A stretch of DNA of 64,000 bases. Origin: an uncultured Limnohabitans sp. GTDB taxonomy: Bacteria; Bacteroidota; Bacteroidia; Cytophagales; Cyclobacteriaceae. The stretch spans positions 4,132 to 68,131 of the forward strand of contig CAZTJM010000002.1 of assembly GCA_964613865.1 (NCBI GenBank). Direction: 5' to 3'. Shown here one piece after another: positions 48,732 to 58,850 of this stretch. The position numbers were made by a program, and so were the translations under genes. Below the pieces are notes generated by a model. It was not told the origin of the DNA. It did not search any database and worked only from the letters and a program-made list of their open reading frames with translations. The stretch's first letter is position 1. Each line of letters begins with the position of its first letter.

Positions 48732-50612
48732 ATGAGCTGGAAATATTTGGCCCTTGTCCTGTTTTTTGTTTTCTCCGCATCGACGCTCTCGCCGGCCCAG
48801 CGGATTTCCGGTTCTTCTACTTTTCGGATCGAGGATGATCTGGAAGAAAGAATTTTCGCCATCGACCAACTGGAATTTTTCGAAGACACTAGTAATCTTT
48901 TGGATTTTCAGGACATTGCCCACCAACGCTTTCAGGACAACTTTAGGATACGGCCCGACTTTGACAAAAGCAACTTTGACATCAACCACACCTATTGGGT
49001 AAAGCTTTCCATAGAAAACAACCCCAACAGCTCCAAAAAATGGCTGATCGAATTCTATGACCAAAGCATAGACCTGCTCACCGCCTTTGTGCCAGAGCGC
49101 ACGGGAGGCTACCGCACCATCCCGCTCGGGGACGCTCTTCCCTTCGACAATAGATCGTTCAAACACAAAAACTTTGAGCTGGTCATCGCCAACGAAACGG
49201 ATGGGATTTCCAACTACTATTTCAAAATCCAGTCTTCCCAAAAAGCAGACATCCGCATCGCCGTCCGCTCTGTCAACCGCTTCGTGTACTATGCGCTAAA
49301 CGAGTATTTTGCCTATGGTATCTTCTATGGCATGATCCTGATCATCGGGCTGTACAACCTGCTGATCTACTCCGCTATCCGTGAGGTCAAATACCTCTTT
49401 TATACCTTCTACCTCGCCAGCGTCGGCATATACGCCATGTGCGTGGACGGAATCGCCTTTCAGTACCTTTGGCCTGGGAATCCGGAGCTAAACCAGTTTG
49501 CCAACGGGATTTTCAGCTACTCCATCGTCCTCTGGGCCATACTCTTTTCCATCAAGTTTCTAAATACCAAAAACCGATCCTACACCATCCATGTGATCCT
49601 GCAGGTAATTTTGGTCTTGAAAACGGCCCTTTTCCTAGGTGGATTCCTGGTGGACCAAAAGCTCTTCGAAATCAGGTTTTACGATGTGATCCCCTTCTTT
49701 TTCATCTTTGCCGCCAGCATCCATATCTGGACCAAAGGCTATAAAGTCGCGCGTTTTTTTGTGGTCGCCTACGGGGTTCTGTTTATTGGGGTGACCATCA
49801 AGACCTTGGTCAACGCAGCAATCATTCCGCATCAGACCCTGCTCTACTACAGCCTACACATCGCTTTCCTTTTGGAGATGCTCTTGTTGACATTCGCCTT
49901 GGCAGATCGCGTGAGAATACTCAAAGACAACCGTGACCGGGCGATGAAGCGTACGATTCGACAGATCGAAACCAATGCAGAACTCAAAGAGAAAGTCAAT
50001 CGCGAGCTCGAGCAAAAGGTCAAAGAACGGACCAGCGAACTGGAACAGAAAAACCGTCTTCTCGAAGAGTTTGCCCGACAGGTAAGCGAAAAAGACGAGG
50101 AGATCAAGCGGATCAACTCACTCCTCGATCGCGACAACTACAAACTAAAAAGCAGCATACGGGAATCTTTCCAAGCCAGGCTGAGCAACAAGCTTCTGAC
50201 TTTCGAAGAGTTTAGAAAAATCTTCCCAGACCAGTCAGCCTGCCTCCGCTATCTAGAGGAAGTGAAGTGGGGTCGAGGCTTTGAATGTCGCCAATGCGGC
50301 AACGCCAAATGCTCCAAGGGCCCCAAACTCTTCACCAGACGTTGCAGCCGCTGCGGCCACATCGACTCGGTCACGGCTGGCACCATTTTCCACGGGGTCA
50401 GGTTCCCCTTGGAAAAAGCATTCTACATCGCCTACAATTCGATCACGAAGCACGAAAAACAGACCCTGGACCAGATGGCAACGCTGCTTGACCTCAGAAA
50501 AAATACCATTTGGGCATTCCGTAAGAAAGTCTTGGCCAGCTTGAAAGAGGAAGAAATCTCGCATCCAAACTGGAACGATCTCCTTGCGCTCCACGAAATC
50601 TCCAGCAATTAA
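48732..50612 (+). CDS. 7TM-DISM membrane sensor (7TMR-DISMED2 + 7TM) with a coiled coil and a C-terminal IS1595-type zinc ribbon/HTH
   Basis: Signal peptide; extracellular YWVKLSIEN..TPLGDALPFDNRSF domain; 7 TM segments (YGIFYGMILIIGLYNL ... EMLLLTFALADR); coiled coil; FPDQSACLRYL..KW..GFECRQCG..RRCSRCGH.DSVTAGTIFH. Confidence 0.85.
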   Translation: MSWKYLALVLFFVFSASTLSPAQRISGSSTFRIEDDLEERIFAIDQLEFFEDTSNLLDFQDIAHQRFQDNFRIRPDFDKSNFDINHTYWVKLSIENNPNSSKKWLIEFYDQSIDLLTAFVPERTGGYRTIPLGDALPFDNRSFKHKNFELVIANETDGISNYYFKIQSSQKADIRIAVRSVNRFVYYALNEYFAYGIFYGMILIIGLYNLLIYSAIREVKYLFYTFYLASVGIYAMCVDGIAFQYLWPGNPELNQFANGIFSYSIVLWAILFSIKFLNTKNRSYTIHVILQVILVLKTALFLGGFLVDQKLFEIRFYDVIPFFFIFAASIHIWTKGYKVARFFVVAYGVLFIGVTIKTLVNAAIIPHQTLLYYSLHIAFLLEMLLLTFALADRVRILKDNRDRAMKRTIRQIETNAELKEKVNRELEQKVKERTSELEQKNRLLEEFARQVSEKDEEIKRINSLLDRDNYKLKSSIRESFQARLSNKLLTFEEFRKIFPDQSACLRYLEEVKWGRGFECRQCGNAKCSKGPKLFTRRCSRCGHIDSVTAGTIFHGVRFPLEKAFYIAYNSITKHEKQTLDQMATLLDLRKNTIWAFRKKVLASLKEEEISHPNWNDLLALHEISSN

Positions 50613-50912
50613 ACGCTCAGGCCTGCAAATCGAAACGTCCAAATCAGCTGACCTTGGAGTCTTTTTTTTCACTTAGTATCCACGCGGGACAAAAGCTCTC
50701 CGAATCCCTTTCTATTGCAATCCAGTGAGATTTTGGCTGCAACTGAATCGGGAAATTTTCGGTCAAAAGCGGCTGCAAAACCAAGATTTTTGTTGCAGAA
50801 AGCACATCAATTCATACCGGACTCTCCGCTCTTTTCTAGCTTTCGACAATAGTTTTCGGAAACGCCGACGACTACCACAACTCTTTTAGTCATAACCCAA
50901 AATCCCTTTCGT

Positions 50913-53900
50913 ATGAAGATGCCTTTACCCTTGAGTAAGGAGGCATGGACGGCGGAGATTAGTTCTCTGGCCAGACTATCCATGATGACGGCCCTGTTGT
51001 TTTTGGCCGTTTCACTTACGGCATTTGCCCAATCCGTGCAAGTCAGCGGAAAAATCCTGGATTCGACCGGTTTCGGTCTGCCAGGAGTCACAGTCCTTGA
51101 AAAAGGAACAAACACCGGCACCGTCAGCGATGTGGACGGTAACTACACGATCAACGTCAGCTCGACACAGGCCACATTGGTCTATTCATTTGTCGGCTAC
51201 GAGACTCAGGAAATACTCGTCGGAAATCAAACTACCATTGACTTAACCCTACAGGAGGCCATAGGCGCACTGGATGAGGTATTGGTCATCGGTTACGGTA
51301 CGCAAAAGGAAAAAGACCTGACGTCCGCAATCGTAACGGTCAAACCGGAAGACATCACCAAAACCCCAGCAACAAACGCCATGCAGTCCCTGCAAGGTAG
51401 AGTGGCCGGTGTCCAGATCGTCAGCAATGGAGCTCCCGGCGCTTCTCCTACAGTCCGCGTTCGCGGTGTCGGATCTTTTGAGGGCAACGCAGCTCCACTC
51501 TATGTTGTGGATGGGATGTTTTTTGACAACATCGACTTCCTCAACCCCAACGACATCGAAAACATCTCCGTGCTGAAAGATGCATCCGCATCAGCGATCT
51601 ATGGAGTTCGTGCTTCCAACGGGGTAATCTTGGTCACGACCAAATCCGGCTCCTATGAGCAGGCTCCGGAGATTGTGTACGATGGCTATTTTGGCGTGCA
51701 AGTGCCCCAAAACGTGCTGAAGATGGCAAACACGCAGCAGTTTGCCCAGTATATCAGAGAGACTGGATCAGCTCCTGACATTGCCTTTTTGGAAAATGCC
51801 ATTCAACGCTACGGCCGAAGCCGTGTCGACCCCAGCCTTCCAGACGTGAATACGGACTGGTACTCGGAGATCATGAGTCCAGCATCCATTCAAAACCACA
51901 GCCTCACATTCAATGGGGGGTCAGCCAAGACGCGATATTCCATCGGCGGAAGCTACTTTTCCCAAGACGGCTTGCAGAATGAAATCCGTAACGAATACAA
52001 GCGGATCAACCTCCGTGCGAAAGTGGACACGGACGTCAAGGATTGGCTAACCGTGGGAGGAAACTTCAACTTTGCCGTCGCAAGACAATATGTTGGAGAA
52101 GATGCAGCCTGGTTTAGAGCCTATTTTGCAGTGCCTACCATTCCTGTTTATGACCCCCTTAATACCGCCGCCACACCGGAGATGCTCTCCAACGCCCAGC
52201 AAGTCGGCTATAGAGGAAGCCAAAACCCTTTTTATCCCCTACTCTACACCGACAACCGAAATAACGTCGCCAAGGTGACAGGAAATCTCTATGCGGATCT
52301 GAACATCATTCCCGACCGCCTGGACTTCAGGACTTCCTACAACTACAGCCTTGCCTTGGTTAATGCGAGAAACGTAAACTTCGCTTACAACGACGGAGTC
52401 ACCGAATCCCAGTCTGCCCTTAGAAGGCAAAACGAAACGGGATTCAACCAGATCATCGATAACTACTTCACCTACAACAACATTTGGGGAGACCACATGC
52501 TGACCGTGACGGCAGGGCAGTCTTTCCGAAGCGAATACGCTGAGGTGCTGTTTGCCCGTGGCACGGGACTCAGCCCCAGCCCTACCTGGGAAAACGAGGA
52601 GTTCTGGTACCTTTCCAATGCGCAAAACCTTGACTTGGACGGAATAGGTGATGCCAATGGCAACACCATCAATTCCCAGCTCAACTACCTCTCCTTCTTC
52701 GGGCGCGTCGCTTACAACTATGACGAGCGATACCTTCTTTACGGGACTTACCGAAGAGATGGAAACAACAAATTCCAGCAGAAATGGGGTGATTTCTTCA
52801 CCATCGGTGCTGGTTGGGTGATCACTGAAGAGGAGTTTTTTGGCATGGAATCCATCAACTTCCTGAAGCTGAGAGCTTCTTGGGGCCAGCTAGGAAATGA
52901 TGGTATCCGTCCTTCAATCGGCGCACCGACGCTCCAGGAGACAAACACCGCTCTTGGAGATGTACGCTACAACGGAAGAAGGCTCAATCCGACCTTTGAC
53001 TTGATCGATCGCTGGGAAACAACCGTGGAGAAAAACTTTGGCCTAAACGCCAAGCTCTTGGAAAACAGGCTTTCGATTGACGCAGACTACTTCATCCGCG
53101 ACACCAAAAACCTGGCTGTGAGCATCATCCCGCCGGTATTCCGCTCTACCGAAAGAAGAAGCGTGGGCGAAATCAGAAACCAAGGCTTTGAGCTAAACCT
53201 ATCCTGGGCTGATGACATCAACGACGACTTCTCTTATTTCATCGGGGCAAACTTCGCCACCCTGAAAAACACCGTGCAAAGCCTCGGCGGTCCTACGAGT
53301 CTGGATGCAGGTTCGGCAGAATTTAGACAGCGCTCCATCATAGGTGAACCATACCAGGCCTTCTTTGGGTATGAGACGCTCGGCGTTTTCCAAAACGAAG
53401 CCATGATCGAAAACAGCGGCTACACCCAGGAATTTATCGAAACAAACAATCTGGTACCGGGCGACCTGATCTTCAAGGATCAAAACGGTGACGGTTTGGT
53501 CAACGACCAGGACAGAGTGGTGTTGGGATCTTTCTTGCCTAAACTGACCTACGGTGCCAACCTGGGATTCTCTTGGAAAGACCTAGAATTTTCAACCCTC
53601 ATTCAGGGACAAAACGGCCACAAGATTCTCAACAGAAAGCGTGGAGAAATCATCTTCACCAACGATACCAACATCGATGCAGACCTGGCCACCAATCTCT
53701 GGAGAGGAGAAGGCACATCTGACAAGTATCCTTCGGCAGCTGGGCTCAGAAAGGGCTGGAACCAAAACTTCAGCGACTACTTCGTGGAAGACGGTTCCTA
53801 TTTCCGAATCCAAAACGTACAGCTGGCCTATACCATCCGGGATATCTTCGGAGGCAAAGTACCGGCTACCCGCCTGACTTTCACCGCTGAACGACCGTTG

Positions 53901-54008
53901 ACCGTCTTCAACTACAACGGCTTCAATCCTGAAGTGGCGAATGGCATCGACCGTCAGACCTATCCTATCCCGGCTGTCTACACCTTCGGCCTGAACGTCA
54001 AGTTTTAA
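50913..54008 (+). CDS. susC: SusC/RagA TonB-dependent transporter without an STN domain
   Basis: VLVIGYGT, VRVRGVGS, LKDASASAIYGVRASNGV and C-terminal GLNVKF. Confidence 0.96.
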   Translation: MKMPLPLSKEAWTAEISSLARLSMMTALLFLAVSLTAFAQSVQVSGKILDSTGFGLPGVTVLEKGTNTGTVSDVDGNYTINVSSTQATLVYSFVGYETQEILVGNQTTIDLTLQEAIGALDEVLVIGYGTQKEKDLTSAIVTVKPEDITKTPATNAMQSLQGRVAGVQIVSNGAPGASPTVRVRGVGSFEGNAAPLYVVDGMFFDNIDFLNPNDIENISVLKDASASAIYGVRASNGVILVTTKSGSYEQAPEIVYDGYFGVQVPQNVLKMANTQQFAQYIRETGSAPDIAFLENAIQRYGRSRVDPSLPDVNTDWYSEIMSPASIQNHSLTFNGGSAKTRYSIGGSYFSQDGLQNEIRNEYKRINLRAKVDTDVKDWLTVGGNFNFAVARQYVGEDAAWFRAYFAVPTIPVYDPLNTAATPEMLSNAQQVGYRGSQNPFYPLLYTDNRNNVAKVTGNLYADLNIIPDRLDFRTSYNYSLALVNARNVNFAYNDGVTESQSALRRQNETGFNQIIDNYFTYNNIWGDHMLTVTAGQSFRSEYAEVLFARGTGLSPSPTWENEEFWYLSNAQNLDLDGIGDANGNTINSQLNYLSFFGRVAYNYDERYLLYGTYRRDGNNKFQQKWGDFFTIGAGWVITEEEFFGMESINFLKLRASWGQLGNDGIRPSIGAPTLQETNTALGDVRYNGRRLNPTFDLIDRWETTVEKNFGLNAKLLENRLSIDADYFIRDTKNLAVSIIPPVFRSTERRSVGEIRNQGFELNLSWADDINDDFSYFIGANFATLKNTVQSLGGPTSLDAGSAEFRQRSIIGEPYQAFFGYETLGVFQNEAMIENSGYTQEFIETNNLVPGDLIFKDQNGDGLVNDQDRVVLGSFLPKLTYGANLGFSWKDLEFSTLIQGQNGHKILNRKRGEIIFTNDTNIDADLATNLWRGEGTSDKYPSAAGLRKGWNQNFSDYFVEDGSYFRIQNVQLAYTIRDIFGGKVPATRLTFTAERPLTVFNYNGFNPEVANGIDRQTYPIPAVYTFGLNVKF

Positions 54009-54029
54009 TCCCAAAACAACCGAGAACTC

Positions 54030-55562
54030 ATGAGATTATTCAATAAACTATCGATACTGGCACTGTCTTCGGCGTTTTTCCTGCCGATGGCCTGCACCGG
54101 ACTCCTGGACGATCCATTGGAAAACGTCCAGAAAGTAGAAGAGACCGACTATACCCAGACCGAAAACATGATGCTGCTGGTCTATGGGGCCTATGCACAG
54201 CTTAATGACCTGCAGTGGGAAAGCTTTCCTACCATCGCACTGAGGGGAGACGATGTCAATCCCGCGGGAGATCAGCAGCCCCTTATCCAAACCGACCTTT
54301 TCGTCTACGATCGCAATTTCTGGCTTTACAACTCTACTTGGCTCAATCTCTACTCCGACATCATCTACTGGCATGGAGCCATGGAGGAGCTGATGAAGTA
54401 TCAGGAAGCAGGCGCCAGCGCTGCGCTGACTAATCAGTACATCGCCGAGATGAAAGTGATGAGAGCTTTTGAGCTGCTTCAGCTCGCAAGACTGTGGAGT
54501 GACATTCTGATCCCCACCAACTCACAGCCCAGAGATCTGTACAACGTCGAGCTTTCCACCTTTAATGAAGTGATGGAACACATCTCGGCCCAGATGGACG
54601 AGGCCATTCCAAACCTGGCAGCGGTACGTCCCAATCAACGAACCGACGTGCCTGGAGGTATCACCCGATTTACCGCATTGGCTGTGAAAGCCATGGCAAA
54701 TCTTGAAATCGGAAACTACCAAGCTGCGGCCGATGCGACCGGAGAGATTATCGCGGAAGGAAACTTTACCCTGCAAGACGACTACTATCAGCTGTTCAAA
54801 ATTCCGGGCAAGCTCAGCAGCGAAAGTCTGATGGAGCTGCAGTACTCCGACTATGGCACTGCAACCGGCACGGTGAACAGATACCTTTGGGACTTCTTTG
54901 GCCCGGCTAGCTGGACACCTAGCGTAGCAGGTGCAGGAGGAGGATGGGGATTCTGGGAGCCATCTGCAACCTACGTCAAATTCATGTTGGACCGCGGAGA
55001 GCGTGAAAGATTGGAAGCTACAGTCCTCTTTACCCCAGACGGCATTGCTCAGATCAAATCCGATCCAGCTTATGCAAACCTACCTTCATGGATCAACAAC
55101 GTGTCTAAAGACGGGGATGTGTTTAACAACCACCCGAGGTACAAATTCCTCAGCGGGAAATTCTATCTCCCCTCCTCCCAGCTGACTCCGGGAAGATTTA
55201 GCTACGGGGAAAACAAAAACTTCTCCGTCATCCGATACTCGGAGGTGCTCCTGATGCACGCTGAAGCGCTGACCAGTGGAGCCAACAGCTCCGTGATGAG
55301 TGCAGATGAGGCGGTGAATGCGGTGAGGAGTCGAGTGGGTATGGCCGCGCTATCGGGCGTGACTTTGGATGATGTGTTGGATGAAAAATTTGCCGAGTTC
55401 GCCACTGAGTGGGGCATCCGATTCTTCGACTTAGTCCGTCATGGAAAAACCGCCCCTCTAAGCTATGAAGGAAGAACCTACACAGAGGCGGACCGCTTCC
55501 TGCCGTATCCGCTGGAGCAAGTGGACATCCTGCCACAGTTGAAGGAAGTTTCGAAACCATGA
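54030..55562 (+). CDS. susD: RagB/SusD lipoprotein
   Basis: Lipobox LPMAC; AEMKVMRAF, IRYSEVLLMHAEA and EFATEWGIRFFDLVR motifs. Confidence 0.93.
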   Translation: MRLFNKLSILALSSAFFLPMACTGLLDDPLENVQKVEETDYTQTENMMLLVYGAYAQLNDLQWESFPTIALRGDDVNPAGDQQPLIQTDLFVYDRNFWLYNSTWLNLYSDIIYWHGAMEELMKYQEAGASAALTNQYIAEMKVMRAFELLQLARLWSDILIPTNSQPRDLYNVELSTFNEVMEHISAQMDEAIPNLAAVRPNQRTDVPGGITRFTALAVKAMANLEIGNYQAAADATGEIIAEGNFTLQDDYYQLFKIPGKLSSESLMELQYSDYGTATGTVNRYLWDFFGPASWTPSVAGAGGGWGFWEPSATYVKFMLDRGERERLEATVLFTPDGIAQIKSDPAYANLPSWINNVSKDGDVFNNHPRYKFLSGKFYLPSSQLTPGRFSYGENKNFSVIRYSEVLLMHAEALTSGANSSVMSADEAVNAVRSRVGMAALSGVTLDDVLDEKFAEFATEWGIRFFDLVRHGKTAPLSYEGRTYTEADRFLPYPLEQVDILPQLKEVSKP

Positions 55563-55680
55563 TTTTCTCTAACAGTCAAACCCAAAAGCAATGAAATCGC
55601 ACATGATGAAGAATTTCACACTTGGTGACAGCAATCAGCCCTGCGCGATTCGAATTGCCCTTAAAAAAAATTACAAACAG

Positions 55681-56775
55681 ATGAAACGCAACTCACATTT
55701 TCTACTTGCAGCCCTGGTGCTTCTGAGTTTCGCCTGCAAGGATAACTATATTGACGAAATCACCCCCGTCGCGCCTGGCGCAGACGAGGCCTCTCCTGAG
55801 GTGACGGTGACCTTTCCCTCCGAGGGAACCATGATCCGGGTGACGGAGGATGTCACCTCGATCGACATCAAATTCGAAGTAAGGGACGACATCGAGATCG
55901 GCTCGATCAAAGTTCAGATGGACGGTACGGAGATAGGATCTTATGACGAGTTTAAAGATTACCGCCGAGCGGTGGTCTCCCTGCCCTACGACCAGCTGGA
56001 CAACGGAGCGCATATCCTCACGGTCAGTGCTACGGATCTGTCGGGAAAAACCTCGGAGGAAACGGTCAACTTCGAAAAAGCCGAACCTTACCAGCCTAAA
56101 TACGACGGAGAGATTTTCTACGCACCTTTTGATGGAGAAAATCTGGAACTCGTCACCCTGACCGAGGCTGAAGTCGTCGGTTCGCCTGGATTTACCCAAG
56201 ACCGAGTGGGCGGAACCAACGCCTACTCCGGCGCAACGGGGGCTTATCTAACTTTCCCGACGGCAGGACTACTCAACGAGGAATTCAGTGCCGTGTTTTG
56301 GTACAAAATCAATGTAAGCGCCACTCGTGCCGGCATCCTCGTAATCGGCCCACCGGATACCGCAGCCCCATCCGCACCAAACAACCGCACCTCTGGTTTT
56401 AGGCTATTCCGTGAAGGGTCTGCCACCAATCAGACATTCAAGCTGAATGTCGGCAACGGCACAGCGGATTCCTGGTTTGATGGCGGAGCGGCCGCCTCAA
56501 TCAATCCTAGTGTTGACGGAGACTGGATCCATATCGCGTTCACGATCTCCGGTACCGAGGCAGTCGTGTACATCAATGGTGAGGTGGTCAAAGAAGGATC
56601 CTTCTCCGGTGTGGATTGGGAAGGCTGCGACATTCTCTCGGTAATGTCCGGCGCACCTCGTTTCACAGGTTGGGACCACGTCTCAGACCCGGGCTTCATG
56701 GATGAGCTGAGGATATTCAACAAAGCCTTAACTGAGCAAGAAATTCAAGCTATCATCTTTGCAGAAAATCCTTAA
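55681..56775 (+). CDS. Surface glycan-binding lipoprotein (Ig-like domain + LamG/laminin-G3)
   Basis: Start MKRNSHF at 55681; lipobox SFAC; Ig domain (PEVTVTFP..DDIEIGSI..GAHILTVSATDLSG); LamG W.HIAFT..VYING..MDELRIFNKALT. Confidence 0.85.
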   Translation: MKRNSHFLLAALVLLSFACKDNYIDEITPVAPGADEASPEVTVTFPSEGTMIRVTEDVTSIDIKFEVRDDIEIGSIKVQMDGTEIGSYDEFKDYRRAVVSLPYDQLDNGAHILTVSATDLSGKTSEETVNFEKAEPYQPKYDGEIFYAPFDGENLELVTLTEAEVVGSPGFTQDRVGGTNAYSGATGAYLTFPTAGLLNEEFSAVFWYKINVSATRAGILVIGPPDTAAPSAPNNRTSGFRLFREGSATNQTFKLNVGNGTADSWFDGGAAASINPSVDGDWIHIAFTISGTEAVVYINGEVVKEGSFSGVDWEGCDILSVMSGAPRFTGWDHVSDPGFMDELRIFNKALTEQEIQAIIFAENP

Positions 56776-56785
56776 TCACCTCATC

Positions 56786-56842
56786 AGCCGGAGTTGTCGG
56801 TTTTGGCTTTCCTACTGAAAACCATTGCCGACAGCTTCGGCT
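56786..56842. other. Intercistronic stem-loop between the LamG gene and the first GH144 gene
   Basis: AGCCGGAGTTGTCGG pairs with CCGACAGCTTCGGCT, with an inner GGTTTT/AAAACC stem. Confidence 0.7.
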
Positions 56843-56858
56843 CCATGACTCTCCCATA

Positions 56859-58814
56859 ATGAAACTATTACTTTTTTGTTTGGGACTTTTGTTCCTCTTT
56901 ACCGCTTGTAAGGAGGACGAAAACCCAGAACTATTGCTTCTGGAAGCCTCCGCAGGCAATCTGGAAATCCCTTTAGACAGGACTGTGCTCGAACAAGTCC
57001 CTCTAGACCGGACCATCAGTCTTCGTTTTTCTGAAAATCTCGACCCTGCCAGCGTGGCGGGCTCCATTAGACTGACGGCTGCGGGACAAGCGCTTCAAAT
57101 CAACACCAACTTGGCCTCCAGTCAGACGATCGCAGTGCAGGCACTAGGCGGCCTGCAAAGCGGCCAAGTGCATCAACTGGAAATCCTCAGTTCACTCAAA
57201 TCCACCAATGGAACCGGATATGTCGGCAAGACACTTTCCTTCTCCACCCAAAGTGGCGCACTGACAGTCGAATCCGTGACTTTTTCAGGAGGCGAAACCC
57301 TTCCCAACGGAAGAATTCAAAACGTCAACTTGACCTTTGAGGCCCAACTTAATTTCAATTTCCCACTTGATCCGAACAACCTGCAAAATGCCGTCAAACT
57401 AACCGGACCAGATAGCCCCGTACTCACCTTTGAGTTATTAGAAAATCAAAAAATTCTGCACATCCGGTCATCGACTCCGCTTATGGACCTTTCCAAGTTT
57501 CGTCTGCAGCTAACTGAGGCACTTTCCGGAGCAAATGGAGAAACGTTTTCAGGTTGGGAGCAGGAGTTCTACACGGCTGTGGATCCAGATCCGAAATTCC
57601 CGGTTCTTTCCGACGAAGCCCTTTTGACCAAGGTACAGGAACACACCTTCCGGTATTTCTGGGATTTTGCCCACCCGGCAAGTGGCATGGCTCGGGAGCG
57701 AAACACCTCGGGAAATACAGTCACGGCAGGCGGCAGTGGCTTCGGTCTGATGGCCTTGATTGTCGGGGTCGAGCGGGGATTCATCACCCGAGCGCAGGCC
57801 ATAGCCCGATGGACTCAGATCATCGGATTTTTGGAAACGGCTGATCGCTTCCACGGAGCCTGGCCCCATTGGATGAATGGAGAAACCGGCAGAACCATTC
57901 CTTTCAGCGCCAAGGACAACGGAGGCGACCTCGTGGAAACGGCACTTTTGGTGCAGGGACTTCTTACCGTTCAAGCATATTTGGACCCATCAGTCGGAGC
58001 GGAAAAATCCCTGATCGACAAAATCACTACTTTATGGCAAGAAGTGGAGTGGGATTGGTATACGAAAAACGACAGCGGAGTACTCTATTGGCACTGGTCC
58101 CCTGACTTTGGCTGGGAAATGAATTTGCCCATCAGCGGCTACAACGAGTCGCTGATCGTGTACGTCCTTGCCGCGAGTTCACCCACCCATCCTATCGCCA
58201 AGTCTACCTATGATCAAGGCTGGGCGAAAAACGGAGGAATCAAAAACGGGAAAAGCTTTTATGGGGAGACGCTACCCCTAGGAGTGGACTATGGAGGTCC
58301 TTTGTTTTTTTCCCACTATTCTTTTCTCGGCCTTGATCCTCGAAAGCTTCGAGATCAATATGCCGATTATTGGGAGCAAAATGTCCAGCACTCCCTGATC
58401 AATCAAGCCCATGCTGTCGCCAATCCAAAAAGCTTTGTGGGATATTCAGAAGTCAACTGGGGCTTTACCGCCAGTGATAATCAGCAGGGCTACAGCGCCC
58501 ACTCGCCCAGCAACGACCAAGGAGTCATCACCCCAACGGCAGCCTTATCTTCCTTCCCCTATACGCCGGAAGAATCTCTGTCAGCCCTTCGCTTCTTCTA
58601 CTATTCCCTGGGTGATCGGATTTGGGGTGAGTATGGCTTTCATGACGCCTACAACCTAACCGATAGCTGGTATGCGGACTCTTACTTGGCCATAGACCAA
58701 GGTCCGATTGTCCTGATGATAGAAAATCACCGAAGCGCTTTGCTTTGGGAGCTCTTTATGAAAAATACGGAGGTAAAGGCCGGCTTGGATAGGCTAGGCT
58801 TTTCCTATCAATAG
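56859..58814 (+). CDS. GH144 (glucoamylase-like, endo-beta-1,2-glucanase family) lipoprotein with two N-terminal Big_5-like domains
   Basis: Lipobox FTAC; Ig repeats (VPLDRTISLRFSENLDPASV); TFRYFWDFAHP.SGMARER, GGDLVETA, YNE, GGPLFFSHYS and YLAIDQGP motifs. Confidence 0.88.
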   Translation: MKLLLFCLGLLFLFTACKEDENPELLLLEASAGNLEIPLDRTVLEQVPLDRTISLRFSENLDPASVAGSIRLTAAGQALQINTNLASSQTIAVQALGGLQSGQVHQLEILSSLKSTNGTGYVGKTLSFSTQSGALTVESVTFSGGETLPNGRIQNVNLTFEAQLNFNFPLDPNNLQNAVKLTGPDSPVLTFELLENQKILHIRSSTPLMDLSKFRLQLTEALSGANGETFSGWEQEFYTAVDPDPKFPVLSDEALLTKVQEHTFRYFWDFAHPASGMARERNTSGNTVTAGGSGFGLMALIVGVERGFITRAQAIARWTQIIGFLETADRFHGAWPHWMNGETGRTIPFSAKDNGGDLVETALLVQGLLTVQAYLDPSVGAEKSLIDKITTLWQEVEWDWYTKNDSGVLYWHWSPDFGWEMNLPISGYNESLIVYVLAASSPTHPIAKSTYDQGWAKNGGIKNGKSFYGETLPLGVDYGGPLFFSHYSFLGLDPRKLRDQYADYWEQNVQHSLINQAHAVANPKSFVGYSEVNWGFTASDNQQGYSAHSPSNDQGVITPTAALSSFPYTPEESLSALRFFYYSLGDRIWGEYGFHDAYNLTDSWYADSYLAIDQGPIVLMIENHRSALLWELFMKNTEVKAGLDRLGFSYQ

Positions 58815-58850
58815 CCCCAAATCCCTTGTTACCCACGCTAAACCCACCAA

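Noticed and set aside
50205-50540. Possible independent IS1595 insertion at the end of the 7TM gene
   Set aside because: The segment is in frame with no stop or frameshift, and has no DDE domain and no terminal inverted repeats or target duplication that I could see. It is treated as a fused domain.
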